From Rhina ancylostomus (lineage: Eukaryota), in assembly GCA_030265395.1 (NCBI GenBank), contig JARFYF010000036.1, positions 14,989,693 through 15,050,556 on the forward strand: 60,864 nt of DNA, given 5' to 3'. Position numbers and translations under genes: made by a program. The number at the start of each line of letters is the position of its first letter. Position 1 is the first letter of the stretch. Under the pieces are notes generated by a model. That model did not search any database. It had not been told where the DNA came from and saw only the letters and a program-made list of their open reading frames with translations. Positions 37,120 through 50,549 of this stretch are shown here, one piece after another.

Positions 37120-37412
37120 GTGGCATCCATCGCTAAGGACCCTCACCATCCAGAACATGCTCTCTTCTTGTTACTACCATCAGGGAAGAGGTACAGAAGC
37201 CTGAAGGCACACACTCAAGGATTCAGAAACAGCTTCTTCTCCTACACCATGAGATTTCTGAACAGTCCATGAACACTACCTAGTTATTCCTTTTTTTTCA
37301 CTATTTATTTATTTTTGTAATTTATAGTAAATTTATGTCTTTACACTGTACTGCTGCTGCAAAACAACAGATTTCACATCATATAAGTCAGTGATAATAA
37401 ATCTAATTCTGA
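37120..37412 (+). mobile_element. Rex1/Babar LINE 3' fragment
   Basis: KDPHHPEHALFLLLPSGKRYRSLKAHTQGFRNSF followed by the tail gtgataataaatctaattctga. Confidence 0.8.
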
Positions 37413-37984
37413 AGTGTCTGTTTTTAAATACATTACAGCTACTGCTGCTTTGATTAGNNNNNNNNNNNNNNNNNNNNNNNNNNNNNNNNNNNNNNNNNNN
37501 NNNNNNNNNNNNNNNNNNNNNNNNNNNNNNNNNNNNNNNNNNNNNNNNNNNNNNNNNNNNNNNNNNNNNNNNNNNNNNNNNNGACCTTGGTAGCATCCCA
37601 GCCAGATACAGTCCAGCTCTCAGCATTCATAAATGCTGAGCTTTACAGAAGGACCCACTCAGTAGCTTTTTTATCTATTCCTTTTTCAGGACATGGTTGG
37701 TGCTGGCAAGGCGAGTGTTTCTTGCCCATTCCTGCTTGCCCTTGAGAATGTGGTGATGAGTTACTTACTTGGACCACTACAGTTGCTGATCTAGGCTACT
37801 GTGACTGCTGCAGTCCTGCAGTTGAAGTTACTTCCACTGTGCTGTTGAGCAGGGAATTCCTCTTGATATTATTGTCAATTGTGCCTTCCATCACTTTGCT
37901 GGTGATTGAAAGCTGACTCAAGAGTCATTTTTCCATTCCCCTCTTGTGCTCTAACCTACCTCCTTGTGAGCTTGCAGTACTCCA

Positions 37985-38710
37985 TTCACTAAGAACTAAC
38001 CCCGATGCTGTCATCAAACTCACTGACAAAGGTGGTGCTGTTGTAGTCTGGCGACTGTCTTGCAGAGGCCAGACATCAGCTCTCAGACATCTCCTCATAC
38101 CTGCCTTTGGATCATGAGCACACCATTGAACATCAAGCCATGGTTNNNNNNNNNNNNNNNNNNNNNNNTTTCTCAGGCGATCTTCCCTCCACAGCTTCCA
38201 GTCATGTAGTATCCCAGCCCTGCATCGCGCTCTTGTGTCTCCTGCCTAAAATCCACAAACAGGACAGCCCTGGCAGATGCATTGTTTTAGCATGCTCTTG
38301 CCCCATCAGATTTAGTTCTTCCTATCTGAACTCCATCCTTTCTCCTTCGGCCCTGTTCCTTCCCACTTATATTTGTGACATTGCTGATATCCTTCACCAC
38401 ATTGACTGCTTCCAATTACCTGGTCCCAACAGACTCATCTTTACCATGGATGTTCAGTCTCTTTATCCTACATCAGGATGATCTAAAGAACCTCTGCTTC
38501 TTCCTTGAACAGACGCCCAACCAGTTCCCCTCCACCAACACACTCACTCATCTGGCTGAACTTGTTCTCACATTGAACAATTTCTCCTTCACCTCTGCTA
38601 ACTTCCAGGATGAAGGATCTTCAACCTGAAACGTTAACTCTGATTCTCTTCCCGCAGATGCAGCCTGATCTGCTCAGTATATCCAACAGTTTCTGTTTTT
38701 TTGTTTCAGA
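37985..38710 (+). mobile_element. Penelope-like element RT fragment plus terminal repeat
   Basis: VIKLTDKGGAVVVW, LLPKIHKQDSPGR.IVLACSCP, LIFTMDVQSLY and LAELVLTLNNFSF are Penelope RT motifs. Joined directly to a hammerhead-like terminus at 38605-38710. Confidence 0.85.
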
Positions 38711-41091
38711 GGCACCTCCTGACATCCCAAGACCATTCGCAAATCAGGAGCATGATAAAGTACTCTCCCCTTCTGTGGATGAGTGCAGTCCCAACAAGAA
38801 GCTCAACATCATCCAGGGCAGAACAATCCACTTAACTGGCACTCTATCCACTGCCCTAAACATTCATTCCCTCTGCCAATGGCATGCAATGGCTTTAGTT
38901 TGTATCATCAATAAAATGAACTGCAGTTACTTGCCCAGGCTGCTCTGACAGCACCTCCCAAACTCTACCACTCAGAAGGACAAGAGCAGCAGACACTTGG
39001 GAACACCACTGCCTACNNNNNNNNNNNNNNNNNNNNNNNNNNNNNNNNNNNNNNNNNNNNNNNNNNNNNNNNNNNNNNNNNNNNNNNNNNNNNNNNNNNN
39101 NNNNNNNNNNNNNNNNNNNNNNNNNNNNNNNNNNNNNNNNNNNNNNNNNNNNNNNNNNNNNNNNNNNNNNNNNNNNNNNNNNNNNNNNNNNNNNNNNNNN
39201 NNNNNNNNNNNNNNNNNNNNNNNNNNNNNNNNNNNNNNNNNNNNNNNNNNNNNNNNNNNNTGATAGGGTTATACTAGGCAGGCTGCATTTTTGTGAACTG
39301 GATATATCTACAGTATCAAGTAAATGCTAGCACTGTAACTATACTGGAAGAACATGGCTCGAGCTGGGGCTAGTTCTGAAGCATGTGTCTTGCAACTGGG
39401 TTGTTGTCTGATCCCATGGCCTCTGAAGAATCAGAGTCTATGGGATTCCTAATTCCTGATTTTAGCTTTCCAGAGACTAAGGAACTAAAACTAGCTGGAA
39501 CACCCAGAGCGCTAGCTTTAAATTTCATGTTAGCAGAGATTCTGGGTCAAATCCTTGGAATCTCCAGGTATCATTACTGCACTGGATGGTGCTTGTATCT
39601 GGTCAGGTACTGTAGGGTTTTCACTATAATGTATGCTCTGCTGCTAAACAAAAAACTTAGTCAGTATAACAAGTACAATATGATCTACTGAAAAGTCACA
39701 CAGGAAGCAAATAATTGTAGAACTGAGATTCTGTTGTGATAAATCAGCAGACTATGTGTGCAGACAACTGCCATAATCAGAGAGTGATACTTGCCAAAGG
39801 TACTTTGAGCAAAATGTCAGGGCAGAGTTCTCTGTTGTTTGTGTGCATAGCCGCTGGTGGTTATTAGTTGTGGTAAAATTTGAATACTGCCACAATGGCA
39901 TTATGAGGACCAATGCTCCAAATCTCAAGTACCTTTGCAAATTATATTGCAAATATCTTGTAATGAGGCAATTAGTTTAGATGCACATTGCAATTGGAAT
40001 ATCGCAACATCCATTCACTGACTGAACATAAAGAGACAATTACCAAATGTTTGTATTATGTGCATAAAATGTTCTCTCAGGGTTAACAGGAATGAATATC
40101 AACAATTAATCTAAAGATAAATAATAATGTTAAAGTAAAGTATTAGTATAATGCAATTAGAAAAATAAAATGAAAATAAAACTCATACAAAATCTCCCTA
40201 AAACATGCAGCTCTCTGGTAACCAACTAATTCTATGTTTGTACATGTTCACACTTCTGAGAACAGAAATGTGAATGTGCTTAACACCTGCTGTACCACGC
40301 TTCATGTTCTTAACTCTCAAAGTTGGTGCATAAGTATAGATTTATGTTTATTCAGTTGTGAATTTATTTTTAAAGCCAGAAAACTGTGCTTTCTATGGTT
40401 TTCATTATCTGAGATTGTTATCTGCTTATTCTGATCTATTCATTTGCATAAAAAATTGTGCCTTGAGCTAGCTTTTGATATTGCTGCGTGCTCTCATATT
40501 TGAAATAATTGATTTCTATTTCTTGTACTGCCTCCTTGTTCATGTACCATTATGTCCCACCTATGTACGCACGCCTTAATGGAATCTTATTTCTTCCATT
40601 GCCATTTGTGATCTATCCAAATCACATTTTCTTGTCATACGATTTATCTCTCAATATTCACTGACTCCTAGAGAGACCTTTGCAAATTTTCTGCTGAAGG
40701 TATTTGAATTCTGCTTGTAGAGCATACATTTTGATGACGTAAGAATGTTTGAAAGAGCAGAATGTTGAAACAGAGGGGGAGAAGCAGACTCCTTGGTTTT
40801 GAACATTTTATTGGTCCAGAATAATACATGGCCTTGGTCACATTCAATCTTAGTCATTGTAAAAATTGACATATACAGAAACATAAATCTGTTCTTATGG
40901 GTTTCAATGAAGCTAAAAATCAAAACATAGATAGACTATCAATAGCCCCAGATAATGAAATTATTCATTTTGTGAATGCTGACTTGAAAAAACTGGTGGT
41001 GTCTTTCAGATTACTTATTTTTCACCTTTAAATTTAGTTTTAAAGTATGCCTTGTATAATCTTGTGTGTATATTTCTGCTCTGCTACCCAG

Positions 41092-42710
41092 GTGATGCTC
41101 CTTTCCAATGCCAGTTGTGTGATGCTAAATTTAAAATCAATTCAGACCTAAAGAGACATATGCGCATCCATTCTGGTGAAAAACCTTACCAGTGTGACTA
41201 CTGTGATTATCGCTGTGCCATGAAGGGTAATCTCCGATCTCATGTCCGTGTGAAGCACAACATGGAGAACGCTTTCAAGTGCCCACAGTGTGACTTCCAA
41301 TGTGGCAATAAATCCACTCTTCGGCAGCACATAAGGTCTCACCAGCCAGATAAGCCGATAAAGTGCTTGCAGTGCAGCTACTCCTGTTCCAGTAAAGGAT
41401 CGCTGAAGGTACATGAAAGAATTCATTCTGAAGATCGACCTTTCAGATGCAAATTTTGCTGTTTTGATTCAAAGCAACGGAGTAATCTGCTTATGCATGT
41501 GAAGAAACATCATGTTGGAAAGGACAAGATGGGTGCTGGGAAAAAGGATATTGATGGTCAAAAGCAAAACAATTCAAGGTTAGTAGTAAAACTAGATGCC
41601 AAAAAGCCTTTCAGATGTGACCTGTGTGAAGCAAGTTTTGTCAGAGAAGATTCACTACGCAGCCATAAGAATCAACATCGTGATTTGTCCCACAGCAGTG
41701 AAAGCAGTGAACTAGGAGTTTTACAACTGCAGATGCATCATGATAATCAAAGCACTTCTCCTTCAATGTCTAGTGATCTTCAATCAAGATCAGTCACATC
41801 CTTTCGCAAAGGAGAGGTGAATATTANNNNNNNNNNNNNNNNNNNNNNNNNNNNNCCCATTGTTCAAGCAGCTGTAAATGAACATCATACAATAAGAGAT
41901 TCCATGGTGTCTGAATCCAGTGGAGACAGGGATGATGTAACCTCTAGCAACCAGCTACAACTGTTACAACAGGTCAGCTTGATTGCTCCAACTCAACAGA
42001 CGATATCCCAAAATGAAGTTGAAACTAACTCGTCTTTAGAACAGGAAGGCCCTTTACTTAGCTCAATTGATTCAAGTGCTACAGACAGCCTCCATCAGGC
42101 TCTAATGCAGACCACATCAGTTACTAGCCAGGGATCTTCAAACAACCAGTCATTCATCACTGGATCTGCAATCAACTGCTCAGATCTGGAAGGCCTCAAT
42201 GCCCTCATTCAAGAGGAAAGCAGAGAAGTCACTGTAGTTAGTGATTCTAACCAGACTGTTGCAACTGCCCCCTCATCCTCAACATCACCCATCTTCTCTT
42301 CCTCCTCGCCTCAGATGCAGGGATCTAAACAAACCTATTCTATTGTTCCAGCAGGAGCTCCATCCAGTGTTACTTGCTCAGTATTACAAATCCCATCTCA
42401 TAACTCTTCAGCTACAGGATTTCCCTCCCAAACTGAGGAAACAAACAGTCTTTTGGTATCCAGTATTGGGATCAGCACTTCAGGAGTGATTATACAGAGT
42501 CTTCCAATGGTTGTTTCCACGGCACAACAACAGCCATCTGATGATCAGCTGTCCGAAAGAGCTTTCTATTCTGAGTCCAGTACTCCATCAGCCTTAGTGC
42601 TACAGGACACCTCACAACTTTCTGATAGGCAACCAATGCATCTCACATCTGGTGCAAATAGCACACAACCTACCTGTTCTGTAACTGAAACCCAAGGATG
42701 GACAATGTAG
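41092..42710 (+). CDS. ZFP64: ZFP64 terminal coding exon 6 (six C2H2 fingers + S/T/Q-rich tail)
   Basis: ORF 41052-42710 contains GDAPFQC...SDLKRHMRIHSGEKP, KLDAKKPFRCDLCEASFVREDSLRSHK, QVSLIAP, EGLNALIQE, EVTVVSD and KQTYSI, all ZFP64 motifs as recalled. Acceptor ctacccag| ends at 41091, stop TAG at 42708-42710. A 29-N gap at 41827-41855 preserves the frame. Confidence 0.96.
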
Positions 42711-43828
42711 TATATGTATGTGGCTGGTATGGAGCCCAGTGTAATTGACTGAAGTGCAGTGATGAAGTAGAATCCAGAGTTGTTTGCTGTGTTCTGTAGG
42801 CAGCTCTAGTCCCGCAAGTATGATTGTTTTGCACAGTTGGCTTTGTGGGACCATCGCTCAGATAAACTATTTCATTAATTGTCATCTGAGATCCTGAACT
42901 CACCTTGCAGCCTCTGTTAAACTTAGCAGAAGTCAGATTCAAATCTGACCTTAGTTGATAATTCAGAATATTAATTACTTTGTTCTTGGGTGAGTACAAT
43001 ACTTAGAGCCTCATTGCAAGTGTACCCTCCAAAATAGGAGGGGAAGCAAAATCGTCAGTGAATCTTGATTAGTTTTTCTGATCAAACAGTTTATTGTTAA
43101 ACTGTATTGATTGATGAAGGGAGGAAGGTAAGTGGGGGTGGTGGGCAAGAGTAAGGGGTTTGGGAGCCTTTCCAGCTTTGGTCCTTGTGGAGTTAGTTAG
43201 CATTAACTAAATCAGCATCAGAAGTGGTGCTACAATTGAAATTCAAGAACTGGGGAGTTGGGAAGAATTCAAAATTAAATCATTATCTTCTGCGGATATG
43301 TGTTTGTCATGAACTATACATACATAATCTTTTGATTGCCTAGGTTCATGGAGTAGGGACCTTCATGAGCAAATATATTTGAGGAAAAGCAATGGGCTTT
43401 TATCAGGTCATATTAAGTGGCATCAAATGATTATACTCAAGTAGGCAATGTAAATTGCACCACCTGGAGGGAGGTTAAATTGAAGCAGAAAGGGATAAAG
43501 TGTGCAAAACTAATGGTGATTGTTCCTCAGGCAGGAAACGATTCACTCATGATTTGGCTTCTCCTATTTCTTCCGTCTAATGTCTAATTGAATCTAATAA
43601 TCTAGTTGAATACAATCATTCTATAATGGATTTAATTTTTATCTGAAGTTAATTAAACCAGTATATTACAGCTACCAAGGATCTCACTATCTTTGAGACA
43701 GGATTAATTTTAATGAATCGTAAGCTGGAATCAGATAAAGTGCAGAAAGCATGTACAAATAATATTCTACTTTAATTGAGACAGAGCTTGTATATTTTGA
43801 GTTGTTACTATTCCAAACAAAACCAGGT

Positions 43829-43834
43829 AATAAA
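43829..43834 (+). terminator. Candidate polyadenylation signal for ZFP64
   Basis: First canonical AATAAA I could find downstream of the stop codon, about 1.1 kb away. No transcript evidence. Confidence 0.25.
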
Positions 43835-44254
43835 AGTTTACCAGTACAAGAAATATGATCTTGTGGATCTTGCCATACCAGTTAAGCATAATTCTGACAT
43901 TCAGGGGGGATTTATAAGATTCATTATCGAAGACCAATAGCGAGAGAAAGGAAGTATGTGTCAATGACTAACCAGGATCAGTATATTGACCTTGAGTTAC
44001 TTCAACATCTTTGCCTAAATCATTATGTAACCTGAGCACAAACCAATTAATTGTCCTCAAAGATCAGAAACTTTGAGTGCATGTAAAGTACCTGTGGAAC
44101 TTCATACACCTGAATCTCTTGAGTCATTTGTGCCTGTCCATCAAATCCTTTGTGTCGAGGTATCTCAGACCTTTCTACAGATGATTCTGGGAAAGGTAAT
44201 GAAACAGTGCACCCTGTGGTTGATCAGGGAATTGCTGGTACCATCTTCTGGATT

Positions 44255-44390
44255 TCAGTCCTGATACAGAGTCTTGACCCGAAACGTTGAGAATACCTCG
44301 GCCTCCACGAATGCTGCCTGACTTGCTAAGTTCCTCCATCAGTTTGTTTTTTTACTCCAGATTCCAGCCTTTGCAGTCTCTTGTGTCTCT
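44255..44390 (+). mobile_element. Penelope-type terminal repeat with decayed hammerhead core
   Basis: cctgatacagagtcttgacccgaaacgttga..tgctgcctgacttgctaagttcctcca..ccagattccagc..gcagtctcttg. Confidence 0.65.
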
Positions 44391-44609
44391 ATATTTAAGC
44401 ATTTATCTGTATGTGTAGGATCTGACAGTTTCACATAGCAGCAATGAGAACACATATTACAACCCACATCACTATCATTACAAATTCAAAATCTGGCCCA
44501 ATGCATCATTTTTTTTGTTAACTGCCCTTGAAATTAAAGTGATGTTTTAATAAGAGAGGATTTCTTTCTAGGTTTATGTTGGCTGTGTCATCCAGGCTGG
44601 TGGAAAGTA

Positions 44610-45445
44610 ACCCTTCTTAAACCTCACTTGTTTTGTAGATGGTGGAAAGGCTTTGTGGTATGAGGAGATGTTGTTTACATAGCATTGGAGAATAATTTTA
44701 ATGCACTTTGTACAGAGTGCACTCTGTAGTCACTTTGCACCAGTGATGAGGAGCAATGACTATTTAGAATGGTTGTCAAGTGGGCTGTTATGCGCTGGGT
44801 GGAGTGGAACTTAGAGTCATAGAGTAATAAAGCATAGAAACAGGCCTTTTGGCCCAACTTATCCATGGTGCCCACCAAGCTAGTCCCATTTGCCATATTG
44901 GCCCATATCCCTCTGAACCCCTTTTATCCAAATGTCTTTTGAATGTTGTTATTCCTCAACTATTTTCTCTTGCACCTCATTCCATATATGCACCACCCTC
45001 TGCATGAAGAAGTTGCCCCTTGGGTCCCTTTTGAAATCTTTTAGTTCCCTCTCCTTTGTATCAGGAGATGAGTCACTCTGCAGGATACTCAGCCTCTGAC
45101 CTGCTCCTGTAGTCACTGTGTTTATGGGGCTGGTCCAGTTTTTGGTTAAAGGTGATCCCCTGGACACTGTTGTTATGGTCACAGTGATGGTAATATCACT
45201 GAATACCTAGGATAGGTAGACTCTTTTGTTGGAGTGGTCACTGTCTGGCATTTTTGTGGCATGAATATTACTTGCCATTTATCAGCCTATGCTCTGAGTG
45301 TTGTCTGGGTCTTGCCAATATCCATTATTGAATGTTGTGCAATCATCCTCAAACATTCCTATTTCTGATCTCATCACAGAAGGATGACCATTGATGAAGC
45401 AGCTGAGATGGACTCTGCCCTGAGGAACTCCTGCAGTGACGTCCT
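44610..45445 (-). mobile_element. CR1/L2-group LINE RT fragment with nested CR1 tail (44812-45050)
   Basis: Minus ORF 45282-45509 reads VTAGVPQGRV..SCFIN..GMFEDDCT..QDPDNTQ (RT motifs). Nested catagaaacaggccttttggccc is a reversed CR1 tail. Confidence 0.7.
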
Positions 45446-48269
45446 CAGGTTGGGCTTTAAAGGAACAGCAATAGCCACCACGGAGCAGTCTGATGTTCTC
45501 ACTGAGCAAAGAGATGTTGCTCGTATAAAGATTCCTGGTTTTAATTGTCTTGGTAATACAACCCAGAAGGAACTAGCAGTTCTTCTGGAGCTTAACAAGA
45601 TGACCTGAAACTCCACAAACTGTCCGCACATAGTTTTCTTGCAAGTGCTGAACGATGCCACATGTGAGCAAATTGCTGTCCTGCTGCCAGACAGGAGATG
45701 GCACAAGATAACTCATGTCTTCTACAAGACCAGAGGCATATGCCCCGTCACACAGCTCACAGGCCTCTTCATTGTGAGCAAAGTCCTGCTCAGGTTGCAC
45801 CCAGNNNNNNNNNNNNNNNNNNNNNNNNNNNNNNNNNNNNNNNNNNNNNNNNNNNNNNNNNNNNNNNNNNNNNNNNNNNNNNNNNNNNNNNNNNNNNNNN
45901 NNNNNNNNNNNNNNNNNNNNNNNNNNNNNNNNNNNNNNNNNNNNNNNNNNNNNNNNNNNNNNNNNNNNNNNNNNNNNNNNNNNNNNNNNNNNNNNNNNNN
46001 NNNNNNNNNNNNNNNNNNNNNNNNNNNNNNNNNNNNNNNNNNNNNNNNNNNNNNNNNNNNNNNNNNNNNNTCAGAAGCTGGTTCATTTTCATGGGTCATC
46101 AAGGTAGTCTAAGTGAAAGGGAGCAGCCTTGCTGCAGCCACGAACAGACACTGGCAGGTCGTGCTGGGACACTGAAAGCTGCCATTGTCAAATGGTAAGG
46201 TGCTAAAGTTCATAACTGTTGTGGCAAATGTCATGGCTTTCTGTTTATATGTAAGTTGATTTTGCTTTATTATGAACAATTGATGATGGGTGATGATGAA
46301 GTCTCCTCACCTCAATGGGGTATATACTGCAGGCCACCCAATACAGTCAAGTGAAATCATGTCATTGGGAGACCTGTGGTGTTTTCCATAATGATTCTCA
46401 TTCTATTGGTACCTAGCTCTGTGGTGGAGGCAGAACTCGCGCAAGGAGCGAGGGAAATGGAGGGTAGCCTTGACCCTCCAGGATTCATCCCTTCAAGCAA
46501 TGCTTGCCACTGAAAATGTCCTGCAGTATGGATTCTTTGACAATGAATGAGTTATGAAAGCTGCTAGAAAACATGGCATCCACTATGAGCAAATTCTTCA
46601 TGTGATCCACAGTTAGCTGCAGAGGAAAAGATTTGGGTAATTAATGGGAGATGTAATGAGCACAAAAGTTGTGTCAATGGCTGCCCTCACTATTGGAAAC
46701 CAGCAATGCTGATAAATCATGGTACCCAAGATGTCACCTTCTTCTCACTGAAATCAACATAGGAGAAATTATTCCTCTGGATGATTTCTCTGTAGTTGAG
46801 AAATAAGCCATAGATCTACTGCTGCCAATCTGGACTGATCCAATGACCATGAAATTGAGAGCCACTGTCACCTGGACTACATGGAGAGGACATCCAGACA
46901 TGTCTGCAGCCAAACATTGCCCATCTCTGTGCTGACTGCTCAGCCTGTGAATGCATTGTTGATCCAACAGATTCGGGTTGGATGGAGTGTTTCTGAAGAC
47001 CCTGGGAACAGGCTGTGTGCAGATAGGTGTGTCTTTGCTTCCTTCCCTGAGGTCCTCAACTCTCTTTGGGTCTCTAGTACATGGAGTACAGCCTGCAGTA
47101 TCACCACAGAGGTACCTAGTGAATGAGAAGCTCACCAGGTAAAAGCTCCCTCTTGGTTGTTGCATACTCTGCTGATTACAGATATTTCTGAAGCTGCCCA
47201 GTCAATTCTCTGAACATCAACAGAATGTCCATAGTGAGGAAAACAAGAACCTAACCCTTGTTCGGGTGCAGAGGTGTGTTACAAATAATGTAGTCATTAG
47301 ACAAATCCCTGTTGCCTGGTAAGGTTATCATGGTTTGCTGATATGGTTTGCAAACAGAATTGCTTGGTCCTCTTTCATGACTGGTGTGATTTCGCTAGGA
47401 AATGATTGGTCATGATATCAACTCTAGGTAGATTTAATTTTTAAGTGCTTCAATCCTTAAAAAAAACAGCACAATGTGTAGCCTTTTTTTTAATGTGCTC
47501 AGTAGAAATAAGCCTAGCCACTATAAATTCACCTTATTATGATTCAGGATTTAGAAGACTACTAATTTAACCTGATCGTTTTGAAATACAAGCCATGACA
47601 TTAAGTTGATGAGATACTGCTTCTTAAATTCTTTCCAGATTGTTTCCTGGAATAAAATGTCACTAGGGTGGGCTTACTGCCATGAACAGTTCCAGTTAGT
47701 CAACTTTATGGACCATTTAACTGACTCATACCTCTTGAGATTTATGTAAGTCTGGCTGACATGCATAACTGTAAGTTAAAAGCCTTACAGTTGGGTCTAA
47801 CCTGCATAATATTTACTATATAAATTTTATAGTAGCATTTTTCTATTGGTATTAATAAATATTGTTATTTTGGTGAATTAAAATGCTGACATTCTGACCA
47901 CAAAGTATTAACAAACCCTTTTATAATAGAAAGCTGCATTTTCCCCTGTGATAATGTTGAATCATAGAAATTTACAACACAGAAGAACATCACATGGTCT
48001 ATTGTGTTTGTCCTGGCTCTTTGTTAGAACAATCTAAAATGAATTCCATTTTCATCTTCTTTCTACAGGGCTCTGCTTCAAATATCATAGAATCATACCA
48101 AAATAGATCATAAAAAGAGTCATTTGGCCGGAGAAATATTTAACTTTTTTAAAGATGAATTGGTTTCTGCCATTCTTTTCAGAAAGAGCTGTTGACTTCC
48201 TGAACAATTTGCCCATGCACCCAATGAGTACACATTCCTTTTGGGCCTGCCAAAGCAAACTAGGTGAAT

Positions 48270-48412
48270 GGGGACAACAAGGGACTGCAGATGCTGGAAT
48301 CTGGAGCAACAAACAAGACTAGATCCAGATTAAGGGTCTCTACCTGAAGTGTCGACTGTCACTTTCCCTCCCCAAATGCTGCCTGGCCTGCTGAGTTCCT
48401 CCAGCATCTTAA
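48270..48412. mobile_element. Short Penelope-derived fold-back element
   Basis: gactgcagatgctggaatctggagc..aagggtctctacctgaagtgtcgac..tgctgcctggcctgctgagttcctccagca. Confidence 0.65.
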
Positions 48413-50549
48413 GCTGGGTGAATAGAAGATGTAATGAATTGTAAAAGTAGGCTTAACTGGGACCAGAGGATCAGATTCAGTTTCCTGAAGCTTGAAAGGT
48501 TGCCATCAGGAATCCCTTTGAAGAAGAATCTGAAATGTCTTCCAGACTCTTCTTTCCTAAATTTGCTTTCTGGTTACTCTCATGTTTCAGGAAAATATAT
48601 GTAATGGGTTGGGAGGGTAAGGGAGAGGTGGGAGCATATGTAACTAAGTAGATGGGCCAATGGTCTTTTGTATTTTTCCATGTTTGTGTCTTCAGCTACC
48701 ACCTCCCTCCAAAACGAAACAGGCAAAGTGTTCTTTCATTCAATATCTCTCTTCGTAAATTAATTTCTTTGTTGCTCCCTTATTTTCAGTAATTATTTAA
48801 TGTTTAATGATCCCTCTTCATTTATTCTCATGCATCTCGTGAAATCATGTCTCCTAGAAATTCTTTCTATGGTCTCAATATTCTTTTTAATTAAAAAAAA
48901 TCTTTCAAAACTGTACATTATATTCTAACCATCGCATAAATTCATCATTTTTGTTCATGTACTTAGGTATCACATAAGGCATTGTACTACAAAAATACTG
49001 CAGGATGCTTTAAAAAAATTGCTCTGTATTGAAGCTTCGATAACTCTGTATGTGCATAGTTAGTGACACTGATTTCAGATGAAGTAATGGTACAAGAATC
49101 CTGTTAAATTCAGGATCCCCAAGTAGTGAACTAAAAGCAACCAGAACTTTCTGCAGGAATTGGACTTTATTATATTTGGTTGTGATTCGTCCCATCATTG
49201 ACGAATTTGCAGGTACATACTGTGAAAATTCTGGCATTGTCCCACAAAAAGAACCACGCCCAATAAAAGAGAGAACAGCTTCAGAGTTGGCTGGGAGAGA
49301 AAAGGGATATGGAGAATATTTCACGCACCTTTTCTAGCTGCGATACCTTTTGGTGAAGATCAGGATTCCTTTTCAACTTTTGAGCTTTATTGAAATTTAT
49401 GGAAACTTTCGTGGTTTCTTTAAGAGATATCCCATCTGCAGTGATCTGTTTTGTGCTTTGCCCATTGAGCTATCAGTAAGTTTCACTGTTAGCTGAAGCA
49501 ACAGGTGTCAATTGAGGCTCTCAGAATTTTATGAAACTTTGCGCTAAGATTGCAGATGTTGCTGTTTTTCTTAATGCAGCTGGGGTTGTTGCCAATTTGT
49601 CTGTTGCAGCTTCTGTAATATATAATAATGATGCTAATTCTGCAAAATAAATAATTTGCAATGGGGGAAAAGAGTAATGGTTTGATGTTTCAAAAGTTGG
49701 AATGAAAAGAAAATTCCCATTACAGATATGAAAATAGGGCAGCTCAGCAGTCTGCCACAGCCAGCAAAATGTACGGCAAAATGCTCACTTAAATAATCAC
49801 ATCCAAGTTTACTACAAACTGGTTCTGAGCCTCCTTTTACTGAACGTGCCATGTAAAACATCCTTCAGTTTCAACCCCTCTTCAGCATCATATAATGTAA
49901 AATCAAATATTCCTCCATTTGCAACTTCATTGCTGTTAACTGTATTTCCTTTGGATGTTCTACACCTGCCAGTTGCCTTTCTGTCACTGCATAAATGCTG
50001 CAAATAAAGTCCCACCAGATATTTCAGTGGATGAAGATACTTTTTTGTGTCATTGAGATTAATACTGAGGAGGACCCTTGACTTGCATTGTAACACTTGC
50101 AGAGTCTTTACATTTGATGTGCCTGAGCAAAAAGGGTAAACACTAGCTTAAGTTGTTATTACTCTTGCTCGCAGTCTTGGAAAATATGCATGGGGACAGG
50201 ATTTGTATTGTTTGTGATTTTCTCTCTGATATAATACTAACTCATCAGTGCTCACTGCTTGGATGTGCAATTCTTGGTCAGATAGATCAGTAACGCATCA
50301 CAAGTAAAAGACTTCAGTGGAAGAGAAGAATATAAATGATTTATGCAGCACTTAAATGGTGATTGATTATTGTAGGTGTGTAGATATTCGACAGGATCTG
50401 TTTAAGGCAGTTCATAGAAAAAGTTTTAATAATTCAAAAGAGCCCGCAAATCTGTGTCACACAAAATGAATCAAATTACCACTCCAAAACCCCTTGAGTT
50501 ACCAATTAGGTTCACAATTTGCCATTACTTTGGTCTTTAAAGGTAATGA

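Noticed and set aside
40441-40458. Possible OCT-SOX composite ATTTGCATAAAAAAT
   Set aside because: The SOX half-site is mismatched; expected by chance in AT-rich DNA.
41148-42999. Antisense and alternative-frame ORFs over exon 6
   Set aside because: Shadows of the ZFP64 CDS with no independent coding signal.
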